Under the pieces are notes generated by a model that was not told where the DNA came from, did no database searches, and saw only the letters and a program-made list of their open reading frames with translations. From positions 1-56,985 of the IMG/VR virus record IMGVR_UViG_3300017752_004327: a stretch of 56,985 bases of DNA; one strand, written 5' to 3'. Source of the DNA: a virus (Duplodnaviria > Caudoviricetes). A program made the position numbers and the translations under genes. Positions 1 through 10,454 of the stretch are shown one piece after another (the first letter of the stretch is position 1; every line of letters starts with the position of its first letter).

Positions 1-156
1 AACTGGTGTAAGAGCATCTATCTCAGTCTGTGTAAGTTGCGGTGGACCAATATATACTTCATCAAAGTTTTGATTGATTTTGTTAAAGGCAGTACGTAGA
101 TTATCGCCTGTTCTATCGTTTGCGGATGTTCCAATGTTTACTGTAAGTTTTGCCAT
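1..156 (-). CDS. Baseplate/tail structural protein, N-terminal part (runs off window start)
   Basis: Not in ORF track. ATG at 156 with GGAG SD reads MAKLTVNIGTSANDRTGDNLRTAFNKINQNFDEVY, the T4 gp9/gp10-like N-terminal motif G-x-x-N-D-x-T-G-D-x-L-R-x-x-F-x-K-x-N-x-N-F. Confidence 0.8.
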   Translation of the reverse strand, partial: MAKLTVNIGTSANDRTGDNLRTAFNKINQNFDEVYIGPPQLTQTEIDALTPV

Positions 157-166
157 CTATCCGCTC

Positions 167-2071
167 CTATACCCAACCGCCGATTGCAATTTTGCCCCAG
201 CCCGCACTCTTGCGGACATAGACATAATTGTCATCAACTCTAATTTCACCTACAGGTGCTGCTTCTGTTTCTGAAGCCGGAGCCGCTGCACCTGGTGCAA
301 TAGTTCCTAACACTGTACCTTCTTCATTAATAACTACAGATGAGTCATCACTAAACACTGTTCCTATAAATGATCCTCTAATATTGTCTGATTCAACTGG
401 ACCTACAATTTTACTTTCAGCACCATCTACTAGTTTTGTACTGTCATCGCCAAATACTGAACCCGTCATATCACCTGTATGATATCCTAACAAGTTACCA
501 GTTACATTCGCTGCTGTTACATTACCAATGGCAACAATATTTCCACCCATTTCAATGTGCTGCGATAGGAATAAGTTTTTATATTGTAGTGAACTAGATC
601 CTAAATCATATTGATTGTCTTGATCTGCAATAATGTTACTACTTACTGATCCATCTAAGTTAAAAGTACCATCAACAGCGTCAACTAGTTTTGTACTATC
701 ATCAGCAAATACACTACCTGTAACATCACCTGTGTGATATCCTGTTGTGTTTCCTGTAACATCACCTGTTACGTTACCTGTAACATTACCAAATACGTTA
801 GCATAAACATCAGCAACAATTCTACCCATAACACCGTCAACAAGCAACGTACTGTCATCAGCAAAAACACTACCATTAATGTCCACATTAGGATCAAAAG
901 CAAAAGTAATTTTATCATTAACACCGTCTGTACTAATTCCTATTCCGTACCCTGCAACAATTTCTAATGTATCTGAAGTGTTATCAGGTTGTATATCTGA
1001 TTGTCCTTGGACTGCAAATGTTCCAAATGTATTAACTGCCGGAGCAGCATTGGTTACTGTAACAATACCAGTTGCATCATCTCTTGAAAGTGTAATACCA
1101 AATCCGTCATCAAGATCAATGACACCTGTATTTGTCATAGTGACAACACCTGTAGTGTTATCTCTTGCAATACCTGATCCTACTGGAAGTCCTGTAGGTA
1201 GCGTACTAGCATTTCCTAGACTTGTAACACCTGTGTTAGTTAATGTAATATTTCCTGTGCCTGCACTTACACTTATACCTGTGCTACCTGCTAGTTGTGT
1301 TACACCTGTGTTTGTAAATGTTACACTCTCTGCTCCACTGTCTACAGTAAGTTGCATAGCAGTGCCGCTAATTAAATTTAAACTATCAACAAATTCATCT
1401 GCTACAACTGCGTTTCCGTTATCTACTTGCACTTCCTTAAAGAAAGTTTTATCTAGATCAATAATTTTTGTTCCGTCTACAGTCGAATCAACTGGAAGAT
1501 TAATTACAGTTCCGATACCTTCAACTTTAGCAAGTCCTAACCATAAACCATTATTCTCACTGCCTGGTACATCGCTTTTAGGTTCGACGTGTAATTCTTT
1601 CCACTGTTTTGTAAATGAACCTAAATTAAATTTACCTGTTTCTGCAGGGATAATATTATTTCTAAAGTTATCAAAATCTAAATTAGCAAATGGACTGTAT
1701 CCTTGTATTACACCGCCTGACGATGGATAAGCATCGTGTGCAGTACCGTCAACTGCTACAGTTAAATCTGCATCGGTATAAAGTAATACTTCGTCTGTAC
1801 TGCTAATAGTAACATAGTATTGATTAGTATCTAGTTGCGAAACGCCTGAACCTGTAATTGATACTCGTGCTCCTGCTTCTAAGTCGTGACTACCATTTGT
1901 AGTAACTTTAACAGGATTGCTTGCATCAATGTTTATAATAGTAACTGGTCGATACTGTGCAATTGCTGTACCAATTTGTGTAAAGTTAGCATTGATAACA
2001 TCAAAAGAATCTTTAATCTTTTGCCAATTAAGTGGTGGTGTTCCCGGACTAACGTTATTATTAAATGCCAT
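167..2071 (-). CDS. Tail fibre-like structural protein (634 aa)
   Basis: KDSFDVINANF N-terminal motif, Gly/Thr/Val-rich beta-strand repeats (TNTGVT, GNVTGDVTG), LGS..KQWK motif, 4 copies of G(S/T)VF(A/G/S)DDS(T/S); in a run of structural genes. Confidence 0.75.
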   Translation of the reverse strand: MAFNNNVSPGTPPLNWQKIKDSFDVINANFTQIGTAIAQYRPVTIINIDASNPVKVTTNGSHDLEAGARVSITGSGVSQLDTNQYYVTISSTDEVLLYTDADLTVAVDGTAHDAYPSSGGVIQGYSPFANLDFDNFRNNIIPAETGKFNLGSFTKQWKELHVEPKSDVPGSENNGLWLGLAKVEGIGTVINLPVDSTVDGTKIIDLDKTFFKEVQVDNGNAVVADEFVDSLNLISGTAMQLTVDSGAESVTFTNTGVTQLAGSTGISVSAGTGNITLTNTGVTSLGNASTLPTGLPVGSGIARDNTTGVVTMTNTGVIDLDDGFGITLSRDDATGIVTVTNAAPAVNTFGTFAVQGQSDIQPDNTSDTLEIVAGYGIGISTDGVNDKITFAFDPNVDINGSVFADDSTLLVDGVMGRIVADVYANVFGNVTGNVTGDVTGNTTGYHTGDVTGSVFADDSTKLVDAVDGTFNLDGSVSSNIIADQDNQYDLGSSSLQYKNLFLSQHIEMGGNIVAIGNVTAANVTGNLLGYHTGDMTGSVFGDDSTKLVDGAESKIVGPVESDNIRGSFIGTVFSDDSSVVINEEGTVLGTIAPGAAAPASETEAAPVGEIRVDDNYVYVRKSAGWGKIAIGGWV

Positions 2072-5000
2072 TATGATCTCCCTACCGCTACTTCAATTGT
2101 TCCTATATGATCACTATCATATGCTTCAATTGCTTTACCAATAATTGTTCCTGCTTTCGGATCATCTGACACTATTGCAACTCCTTCAATGTGCGAAGTT
2201 ACTAGGGTATCACCTTTTTCAATCTTACCTACTACTTTAACTGGAACTCTACCTTGTAGTGCTACAAGATTTTTAAATCCTGGACAAGCACTGTACATAA
2301 CATATGCTGCTCTATCTGAAACAACACCTGCTACCTTTCTACTCATTTTATCTTTTGTAGTTGTAACTTCCTTGTCACCGCCAAATACTAACACTGTTCC
2401 AACTTCATATTCCTTGTCACCTTCGTAGTATTCTGCAAGGTCAGCAGCATAAGTTGCTTCAAACCTTGATTCATTTGGACTGCTTCCTGTAAGACTCCAT
2501 CTACCTGTTACTGTACCAGTAGTAGTATTTCCGCCTGTTGTTAAAACAAGTGTTTCAACACTACTTGCTGTAATTGGAGCATTACTCAAACCGTCCTGTG
2601 TTTTAAATTCGTGTTTATTATTCCAGTACTGGTTAGTTTTATCAGATGATAGTGAACCATCTTGTAAGTAAATACCACCATTACCACCGTATGTATAAAG
2701 TCTAATAAATCCACCTGATGAAATAGTACCTGTATCAATTGCTGTTTTAGTGTCAATTTTTAATGTACTAAAGTCTGCATTATTTGCAGCAAAGTCACCA
2801 TTACTATCTCTTTGGATTAGTGTATTATTATCACCTGATCCAGTGTATGCTGCAACTGCTTCAATTACTGTATAATCTAAATCAGATGCATTACTTAAAG
2901 CGTTTGTTCTACGTACAAATCCTGTAGTACCGTATTGTGCTTTCTTAAGAGCACCACCGTTATCTACAACAGTTGTAAATGGAACGTCTGCTGCATCGTC
3001 AAGTGTAAGTTGATTGTTACCTATAACACTTCTTGCTGTAACTTGTGCTAATGCACTTCTTGGAGTTCCATTATCTTTAAGTGTAATCCAACCGTTACTT
3101 GCTACAAATTGTGCATCGTCAAAACTAACAACACCACTTGCTGCTTGTTTATCTGCTTGCGTACCTGTTGGCGCTGCTGCCGCAGTACCTGCAAGATTCA
3201 TTAACAGTTTGCTTTGTTCAACACCTGCTGTGCTGTTAATGTCTGCGTTTAAAATTGTGTCTGGATTAATCTGTGCATCAATTGTGTTTGCTGTCGAATC
3301 AATGTTAAAGTCAATGTCTCCAACAACAGTTGCGTTAATCGCTTGTTGTCCAACGCCAGTGAATACAATAAATTCATTTGCTTTAGTGTCAGTAAATCCA
3401 AAGTTTTGAATGTTTTCAAATGTTAAACTTCTTAAGTTAACAGCATCTGTACCATCAGTAGGATCAGCAAGATTAACAATCTTGTTGACCACATTCATAT
3501 CTACTGGACCTTTCATAGGAAGGCCGCCGTCTAGTGCTAAGAAGCCACCGCTTAGTGGCGGTAGTAAGTTACCTTGTGGTACTGCTGCACCATTATGTGT
3601 TTTACCTAAACGTCTTTCAATGTAAACACGAGCAGCGTTTTCTGTTGGAACTGTATCAACAGCGTTATCACTAAACCCTGAGTCTGTACTAAATTCAGCA
3701 ATCGGAACACCACGTTTAAATCCAAGTCCATCCAAGTTACTCAATGCAATCGCTGCTGAGAATGTAACCTGTCCTGTACCTTGGTCAACGCTAAAGAACG
3801 GACCAACTCTAAAGTTACCAAATTGGTCAGTTGTTACGTAGAACACACGTCCCACATCACGTTCATCTGTTTCAGTTGCTGCGTTTACAGAATTAACAGG
3901 TGGCCCGTAAATTTCATTTGGATAGTTAGTATCTGCATACGAACCTGTACCAATGTCTAATAAATCGTGTGATGTAACACGAGTCAACGAAATTCTAATT
4001 GTTAAGTTACCGTCTGCACCTACACTTCTTACTGGTACAGCACTTCTAATTGTATAAGTTGCACCATAGTCTAATACACTTTGTTCTAATGGTCTATCAA
4101 GTGTAATTCTTGCATATGGTCTAACGTTAATATCATCTTCTGATTCGTAACTACTAATTACGTATTCTTCACCTAGGAATAATACTCTTGAACCAGGAAC
4201 CCTTGATCTATCTGCTGGAGCAACCGGAACAACAGCAATTTCAGTATCACCTGCCTTACCTTTTACTTTAGCAAACGTGTGTGTACCTGCTTGTGGAACA
4301 CTTGATTCTGCCTGTGTAGCAGCAGCCAAAGCATACCATTCCGCACTTACTGTAAATGTATCAGGAGTTGGAACACTATAAACAAAATAGTGTATGCTTT
4401 CACTAAGACCTGTTGGCAATTTATCTGTTGTTTGGAATACAATACAATCACCTTGTACTAAACCGTGTCCTACAGCAGTAAAGACTGCCGGAGCAGCAAT
4501 ACTAATTGTAACTGGTGTTTTAGTCCCTTCCGAGAATGTTAACCCTGCACCTGTAGTACCAACAAGTTCACCTGGTTTGTAAAGTGTTAGGTCAATGTAA
4601 TCATAGTTTTCTCTAAGTGTAGTTTTACCTAGTCCTTCAACGTTTGCTGTAATAGTACCAGTACCTGCATCAGTTACACCAATAGCATTTGTTGTTAAAC
4701 TTTCACTAACTTGGAATGATGTTGTAGTTAGTCCTGTTTCTCTAACATAATACTTTTGACCTTCAATAATTCCTGTTGGCAAAGTACCAGTTGAGAGAAA
4801 CGTAAAGATGTAGTTACGCAATTGTTTGTGCGGAATTAAACCTTTAAGTCCTAAACTTGAACCAGTTGTAAGTCCTAATGTAACACCACCTGGTGATGTA
4901 GAAAATATTGCTTGGTCATACTTTGGAACATCTTTAACATAGTAAGTAACACCTGATGTCATTCCTATCTGTGTTGATGTTGGAACAAATGTGTCACCAG

Positions 5001-8000
5001 TTCTTAATCTATGAGGGAATGTAAACGTAGCAATATCTGTTCCGCTATCTGTACTATCAATAATAGCGTACATACGTATAGTTGCAATTGCACCCGGAGT
5101 AAATTCTACTTCAAAATTTCCTCTTGTATCACTATGGTCTTCAAACTGTAGTACACGATAAACATTCTTCGACTCAGCAAGTTTTAAACCTGTAGATGGT
5201 CTTGTAGCAACGTTAACAATATCACCTGTTAAAATAACCTGTGAGTTTGAACGCAACGATAGTTTAGTTCCATCTGGAATCTGTGCAAACAATCCATCAA
5301 AGTTTCCTGTTTCATCTGATGTTAAGTTAAGTCTTGCAACGCCTGCTGGCAAATCTTGTGTTGTTACAGATGTAACTGGATATCTAAATATTAAGTTTCC
5401 GTGATCAACTTCAAGTTCTGAGTTGTTTAATGGTGTGTAATCATAGTTTGTAACGTGAACAAACAATCCGTTTGTAGTTGTAGCAAATGCTGGAGTAGGT
5501 GCATAACAATCTACTCTTTGTGCAAGATCATTATACAATGAAACTGGTGTTGGTACCTCTAAAGGATCTGAACCTTCTGCAACAAGTGCGTAGATACCGT
5601 GTGCGGACGAACCGCCCACTGAACGTATTTGAGCACCGTTGATTGAATAGTATGATGCATAACAGTAATATGTAAACATTGATACTGATTCAGTTAAACC
5701 ACCGTTAGTTGCAATTAAGCCGTAACCCATATCAGCAACTTGTGTAAAGTCGTTTGATAGCATTGATCTGTTACCAGGCATCAACACTTCGTAAATTCTT
5801 TGGTACTGAATTGTTCCACTACCAGTTGTTGTAATCTCAATAGGTACACTTCCGTCAAAGTCTGCTTTGATTTGGAATGTGTTGTTTGTTAAACTATCTT
5901 CAAAAACATAGTAGTCTCTGTCTGCTATTAGTGGTGCTGGCAACCCGCCGCCTACTGATCTAAATCTAACAATAGCACCTGACTGTAGTCTGTGATCGTT
6001 TTTAGTAAACACACCTGGGTTAGCAACTGTTATACCTGTAAGTGTTTGGAAACCTGCAGGTCTTGTAAATGGTGTAGTTTCATCAAGTACAAATGTTGCT
6101 GTAGAACCACTAGGACTATAAACAAAGTCTCTAACATAGTTAATTCTAAACACAGCATCATCAACAATGAATGATGCAGGCAATTGTGGGAATCTTTCTA
6201 GTCCACCAATACCTAATCTTGTATCAGATGTTGATGTTAAGTGTTCAAACTGTAAGTTACCTGCGAAGCCGTCAACAAACATACCACCTGCAAATATTTG
6301 TTTGTTAATTGATCTACTAAATGCAGCACACTCTTGTGCATAAGGTGACTTAGCAAGAATTTGTCCTTCAGGGTCAAGTGTTAATGCAAAACCTCCGTGT
6401 CCTTGCATTGTAATACCTTGCCAACGTACTGCATCGTTTGCTAAGAATACATCTAAGTATTGGTTTTCTTCAGGATAGTTTACACTACCTGAACTACTAA
6501 TTACATCTACAACAGCATCAACTAGATCTGTGAATACAGTTTCTGTTCCAGTTTCTTTGACAAATGCAGTATCAATAATTTGTGGGAAAGTAGTTTGAAA
6601 TGAAGTACCTAACTCAACATTGTTAAGGATAAAACTAGCAAGGTAATCAATACGTCTAATACCTGCGATTGTTTCTGATAACTGTGTTGTAATTGCAAGT
6701 CTAGCACTAGCACTTTCAAAGTATTTTAATGCTGCTGATATAGTTCTGTTGTAACCGCCGTACTTCAAATCAAAGATCATACTATCAACTAGTAGTCCGA
6801 CGTCACGTTTACATAAATTTTTATTATATTGGAATGTAACATCAAACGGTGCAATACTATTTGCAATTTGATTATCAATCCATTCAACTACTTCGTTCTG
6901 AATAAACACTTTGTTTAGTTTTAAAAGTGTTGCAGAATTTTTGTAGTTACCAGCGTTATCAATTTTAGGATAAACAGGTTGTGATGTGTCGTGTAAGTAA
7001 TGATGACCATAAAGTCTATCAGTTACTTGGAGACCATCAATAACTGTATCACGTCTAAATTTACTAAACGCCCAAGGTGAACTTGAAGTTCCTGGCTTAG
7101 GTCGAATAATACAACGTCTAAATTCGTCACCAACAATTGATACGTTCTGTGGAACTTTCAATGGATAGTGTTCTTCGTAAATACCGCTTTCTACTTTAAT
7201 TGTTAAGTTAACTTGATTACTTACATCACCATAAGAAATAACTTCGCCTGGTGTAAAGTCACCAAACTTAATATCAACATCAAAAATTTCATTTCCAAGA
7301 CTATCAAGTTCACCAGTGTGTCCTAAAATCTGTGCAAGTGCACCTGAATCTTCACCACGTAAAAATAAGCCTTCTCTAATATCTCTTGTTCTAAATGCAA
7401 TCGGAGTATCAGTTAATACATCACCTGTAAAGTCTGTTCTTTGACCTTCTGTTGTAAGTAAAAATCTAGGTAAGTCAGCAACAACATTTGGAATAGTTGT
7501 AAAGCCACTACCTTGGTCTGTAATTTCAATACCAGTAATTTCGCCTGATACAACTTGTGCAATACCAAAGCCGCCTTTTGTTTCGCCGCCGCCGTTAATC
7601 CTAACAGATACTAAACTGTATCCGCTACCTGGATTGCTAATTGTTACGCCTGCAACTCTATATGTTATATTAAATGTTGCTCCAGCACCAAACTGTGAGT
7701 CAGATGTTGTAGGAACGTTTGTACTACCTGGAAGAGAACTATAATTACCTGAACTAATTTGTCTAAATGTTACAACAGCACCCGGTGTACTTGCTGTACT
7801 TAATACTTCATACTTTGCAACGGAACCTGCTCCACCATCTAGTGTAATAATATCACCTGGTAAGTAGTTAGCACCTACAGTTGCAATACTAATTGTATCA
7901 ACACTCAATGTAACTGTACCAGCAAATCCTGTACCACTGTCTGGCGAAGTTTCAATAGAGTTTAGTGTAACGTCATTGGCACCATTATTAAATGTTAAAA

Positions 8001-8790
8001 TCTTTTTGTATGGTCCAATTTCTTTTTGTGAATCTAAAACAATTTCTTCTGCACGTTTAAGTGCTGCTTCGATTGATCTATATGCATAAGCAAGAGCTCT
8101 ACCTTGTAGTTCTTCACTCACACCTGGACGTTCGTCTGCACCTGATGTTGCAACATATAAGTTTACACTAGATCCAAAAGATGATTTGTCAACATAACCT
8201 TTAGTTGCAGCAATTAAGCCATCGTATGTTGTATCGTCATCTGGTTCTGGATCTCTTGAAAGTATAAGTGGACCGCCCATAGTACCAAAAGCACTATTTG
8301 TTTGACCCGTCTCTGGATCAACAGCGTCTACACCTTGAACTGAAATCTTTGTATCTACGTAACCTTTGTTAGCACCTTCATCATCGCTAACTGGAGTAGG
8401 TAAATCTTGTATTCTATACTGGTTACCACCTGATCTTGCAGATAAGTTACCACCAAGTTGTGGTGATGTATCACCTGAAATTTCACTGAATTCTGTTGAA
8501 ATACTAATTTCACTTGAATTAGTAGTATCGTCAATAGCAACACCTACGCCACCAACAATATTTTTAAATACAATAGCATCTGTAGTAGGATTAACTGCTA
8601 GAATAGCACCTTCATTACCTAAGTAAGTTGCCGGTGAATCATTAAGTCCAATAAAAGTAAGTCTTTCACCTAAACCTAATGAACTATATAGTTCTCTAAA
8701 GTTATCGTTTACCTTTTGAAACGAATCTCTAATACTATCGCCGGTACCATCATTACCTACTGCGCCTGTATCAATAACTTTTCTTGCCAT
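2071..8790 (-). CDS. Very large baseplate/tail structural protein (2239 aa) with C-terminal autoproteolytic chaperone-like domain
   Basis: N-terminal GNDGTGDSIRDSFQKVNDNF (gp9/gp10-like); GSGY/GQGF beta repeats; 4 H-x-L..G....LPxG....YYV modules; C-terminal ADLAEYY..GTVLVFGGDKEVT..GVVS..ALQGRVPVKV..KGD resembles peptidase G2/IMC-type tail chaperone. Confidence 0.8.
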   Translation of the reverse strand: MARKVIDTGAVGNDGTGDSIRDSFQKVNDNFRELYSSLGLGERLTFIGLNDSPATYLGNEGAILAVNPTTDAIVFKNIVGGVGVAIDDTTNSSEISISTEFSEISGDTSPQLGGNLSARSGGNQYRIQDLPTPVSDDEGANKGYVDTKISVQGVDAVDPETGQTNSAFGTMGGPLILSRDPEPDDDTTYDGLIAATKGYVDKSSFGSSVNLYVATSGADERPGVSEELQGRALAYAYRSIEAALKRAEEIVLDSQKEIGPYKKILTFNNGANDVTLNSIETSPDSGTGFAGTVTLSVDTISIATVGANYLPGDIITLDGGAGSVAKYEVLSTASTPGAVVTFRQISSGNYSSLPGSTNVPTTSDSQFGAGATFNITYRVAGVTISNPGSGYSLVSVRINGGGETKGGFGIAQVVSGEITGIEITDQGSGFTTIPNVVADLPRFLLTTEGQRTDFTGDVLTDTPIAFRTRDIREGLFLRGEDSGALAQILGHTGELDSLGNEIFDVDIKFGDFTPGEVISYGDVSNQVNLTIKVESGIYEEHYPLKVPQNVSIVGDEFRRCIIRPKPGTSSSPWAFSKFRRDTVIDGLQVTDRLYGHHYLHDTSQPVYPKIDNAGNYKNSATLLKLNKVFIQNEVVEWIDNQIANSIAPFDVTFQYNKNLCKRDVGLLVDSMIFDLKYGGYNRTISAALKYFESASARLAITTQLSETIAGIRRIDYLASFILNNVELGTSFQTTFPQIIDTAFVKETGTETVFTDLVDAVVDVISSSGSVNYPEENQYLDVFLANDAVRWQGITMQGHGGFALTLDPEGQILAKSPYAQECAAFSRSINKQIFAGGMFVDGFAGNLQFEHLTSTSDTRLGIGGLERFPQLPASFIVDDAVFRINYVRDFVYSPSGSTATFVLDETTPFTRPAGFQTLTGITVANPGVFTKNDHRLQSGAIVRFRSVGGGLPAPLIADRDYYVFEDSLTNNTFQIKADFDGSVPIEITTTGSGTIQYQRIYEVLMPGNRSMLSNDFTQVADMGYGLIATNGGLTESVSMFTYYCYASYYSINGAQIRSVGGSSAHGIYALVAEGSDPLEVPTPVSLYNDLAQRVDCYAPTPAFATTTNGLFVHVTNYDYTPLNNSELEVDHGNLIFRYPVTSVTTQDLPAGVARLNLTSDETGNFDGLFAQIPDGTKLSLRSNSQVILTGDIVNVATRPSTGLKLAESKNVYRVLQFEDHSDTRGNFEVEFTPGAIATIRMYAIIDSTDSGTDIATFTFPHRLRTGDTFVPTSTQIGMTSGVTYYVKDVPKYDQAIFSTSPGGVTLGLTTGSSLGLKGLIPHKQLRNYIFTFLSTGTLPTGIIEGQKYYVRETGLTTTSFQVSESLTTNAIGVTDAGTGTITANVEGLGKTTLRENYDYIDLTLYKPGELVGTTGAGLTFSEGTKTPVTISIAAPAVFTAVGHGLVQGDCIVFQTTDKLPTGLSESIHYFVYSVPTPDTFTVSAEWYALAAATQAESSVPQAGTHTFAKVKGKAGDTEIAVVPVAPADRSRVPGSRVLFLGEEYVISSYESEDDINVRPYARITLDRPLEQSVLDYGATYTIRSAVPVRSVGADGNLTIRISLTRVTSHDLLDIGTGSYADTNYPNEIYGPPVNSVNAATETDERDVGRVFYVTTDQFGNFRVGPFFSVDQGTGQVTFSAAIALSNLDGLGFKRGVPIAEFSTDSGFSDNAVDTVPTENAARVYIERRLGKTHNGAAVPQGNLLPPLSGGFLALDGGLPMKGPVDMNVVNKIVNLADPTDGTDAVNLRSLTFENIQNFGFTDTKANEFIVFTGVGQQAINATVVGDIDFNIDSTANTIDAQINPDTILNADINSTAGVEQSKLLMNLAGTAAAAPTGTQADKQAASGVVSFDDAQFVASNGWITLKDNGTPRSALAQVTARSVIGNNQLTLDDAADVPFTTVVDNGGALKKAQYGTTGFVRRTNALSNASDLDYTVIEAVAAYTGSGDNNTLIQRDSNGDFAANNADFSTLKIDTKTAIDTGTISSGGFIRLYTYGGNGGIYLQDGSLSSDKTNQYWNNKHEFKTQDGLSNAPITASSVETLVLTTGGNTTTGTVTGRWSLTGSSPNESRFEATYAADLAEYYEGDKEYEVGTVLVFGGDKEVTTTKDKMSRKVAGVVSDRAAYVMYSACPGFKNLVALQGRVPVKVVGKIEKGDTLVTSHIEGVAIVSDDPKAGTIIGKAIEAYDSDHIGTIEVAVGRS

Positions 8791-8862
8791 TTTATCCCCT
8801 AAACACTCTGTTTCTTATCAATATTTATCTCTAAGTTCTATAAGCCGAATGTAAATACAAGT

Positions 8863-9150
8863 ATGTTTTTAGGCACAGAACAAAAAGAAACTACTCACAA
8901 ACGTAAGAGTAAACACGGTAAAGAGCACGTTTATAAACGTACCAAAACTGTAGTGCAACTCAAGTGTGACAATTGTGACAATGTATTTACCAGGGATTTG
9001 AAAAAGATCAGTCGCACTCGGCTAAACAATAATTATTTTCACGTTTGTACTGAATGTGACAGTAAGAGATTTGCCCAACGCAAAGGTGTTGAGCAAAAAC
9101 AAATGTGGGATATGCCTGTTAGTTCAGACGTTGTAATTGGGAATAATTAA
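8863..9150 (+). CDS. Hypothetical zinc-ribbon-like protein
   Basis: CDNC and CTEC pairs; TAAATA 5 nt before ATG. Confidence 0.65.
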   Translation: MFLGTEQKETTHKRKSKHGKEHVYKRTKTVVQLKCDNCDNVFTRDLKKISRTRLNNNYFHVCTECDSKRFAQRKGVEQKQMWDMPVSSDVVIGNN

Positions 9151-9473
9151 AACCCTACGCTTTCGCCGCAGCCACAACTTGATGTTGAGTTAGGATTTTT
9201 AATAGATAGGTAAGAACCGAACACTTCTTCTACGTAGTCTATCTCGGTCCCTATAAGATATAGTAAACTTGAACTATCAATAGCAAATTCACCACTTGGA
9301 AGTTTTATAATTTCGTCATCTAATTCTTTAGAATCACTCATCTGCCAATCGTATGAAAATCCGGCACACCCACCACCCTTCATTTGAAGTCGGACAATAG
9401 GCTTGCCGGTCTTTTCAATTAAGCCTTCCATATGCTTAATTGCAGAATCTGTAAGATTTACTGCGTCTGGCAT
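9147..9473 (-). CDS. iscA: A-type Fe-S cluster carrier (IscA/SufA/HesB family)
   Basis: GGGCAGFSY and C-terminal NPN..SSCGCGES motifs. Confidence 0.95.
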   Translation of the reverse strand: MPDAVNLTDSAIKHMEGLIEKTGKPIVRLQMKGGGCAGFSYDWQMSDSKELDDEIIKLPSGEFAIDSSSLLYLIGTEIDYVEEVFGSYLSIKNPNSTSSCGCGESVGF

Positions 9474-9477
9474 TCAA

Positions 9478-9651
9478 CTATTCGCTTTTCCAAATAGTCC
9501 AAGCGCCATATGCAATAGCAGCATATGCTAATAAACCTGCAAGAGGTTTTGCAATTAACACAATGATACCAAATGCAATTAAAACTGCACCATCCCAAGA
9601 AGTTCTTTCTTGAAATGCTTTTCCTACCCAAGATTTAAATTTATCTAACAT
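9478..9651 (-). CDS. Small membrane protein (57 aa)
   Basis: Not in ORF track. MLDKFKSWVGKAFQERTSWDGAVLIAFGIIVLIAKPLAGLLAYAAIAYGAWTIWKSE; AAGGAG SD upstream; fills the gap between neighbours. Confidence 0.8.
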   Translation of the reverse strand: MLDKFKSWVGKAFQERTSWDGAVLIAFGIIVLIAKPLAGLLAYAAIAYGAWTIWKSE

Positions 9652-9654
9652 AAT

Positions 9655-9849
9655 TTACTTCTCCTTTTTAGTAGTTTTCTTTTTAGCCGGCGCTTTTTTC
9701 TTTGCAGCAGGCTTCTTTTTAGCCGGTGCTTTTTTAGCAGCAGGCTTTTTAGCAGTAGGAGTCTTAGGTTTTGTTACCTTGACTTCTTCTGTTAAAACTA
9801 GTGGTTCAGTTTGCGCTGACCCGAATAGGTTTCTCAACCATTTTAACAT
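9655..9849 (-). CDS. Lys/Ala/Pro-rich histone H1-like small protein
   Basis: Repeated AKKPAAKKAP units; AGGAG SD. Confidence 0.7.
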   Translation of the reverse strand: MLKWLRNLFGSAQTEPLVLTEEVKVTKPKTPTAKKPAAKKAPAKKKPAAKKKAPAKKKTTKKEK

Positions 9850-9850
9850 A

Positions 9851-10408
9851 TTATTCTCCTTGTAGTCTGTCGTTGATTATCGACCAATTAATAACACGCC
9901 ATATATCATTTAGATACTTGTCTTTTGTTTTGTCAAGTAGATAACTGTGTTCCCACATATCAACTAACATAACAATTTCAGTTCCACGTTGGAAGTCTTG
10001 ATTAGCAATTAATCCTAACTTGCCTTTGACATCCATATAGACCCAACCTGATCCTTGTAGACTTTTGGCTTTGTCAATAAATTTCTCTTTGAAATTTTGA
10101 AAAGACCCAAACTTTTTGTCGATTAGTTCGAGCGAGTTTCCTGATGGTGTATTTCCTGAAGTGGGTGGTTGCAGGTGTGCCCAATATAAATTGTGCAGGT
10201 GTGCGCCACCAAAGTTAAATTTATCATCACCTTCTTTTTTGTTATAACGATCAACATATCCTTGAGACAGTTTTCCGTAGTGGAGGTCTACACTTTCTTT
10301 ACTCATTACCGGTTCTAATGCATCACGTGCATACGGTAATTTGTTAAGTACTAGTGTTGGACGCTTTGTGTCCGCTTCAATAACAATATCTTTCAGTTCT
10401 TTTAACAT
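9851..10408 (-). CDS. sod: Fe/Mn superoxide dismutase
   Basis: LPYARDALEP, LHYGK, H-x-x-YW, GSGW, DMWEH metal-ligand motifs. Confidence 0.9.
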   Translation of the reverse strand: MLKELKDIVIEADTKRPTLVLNKLPYARDALEPVMSKESVDLHYGKLSQGYVDRYNKKEGDDKFNFGGAHLHNLYWAHLQPPTSGNTPSGNSLELIDKKFGSFQNFKEKFIDKAKSLQGSGWVYMDVKGKLGLIANQDFQRGTEIVMLVDMWEHSYLLDKTKDKYLNDIWRVINWSIINDRLQGE

Positions 10409-10454
10409 CGTAATATATTTATGTTAAAATTGACAGTTGGAAAGGGAAATGGTG

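Noticed and set aside
228-8626. Long plus-strand ORFs such as 879..1730 and 3014..3409 (also 43947..44414 and 49328..49861)
   Set aside because: Antisense shadows of well-supported genes with biased codon use; no SD or motifs
9655-9790. Tandem DNA repeat or CRISPR-like array
   Set aside because: Repeats are degenerate codons of a Lys/Ala/Pro-rich protein; no repeat-spacer structure seen anywhere in the window
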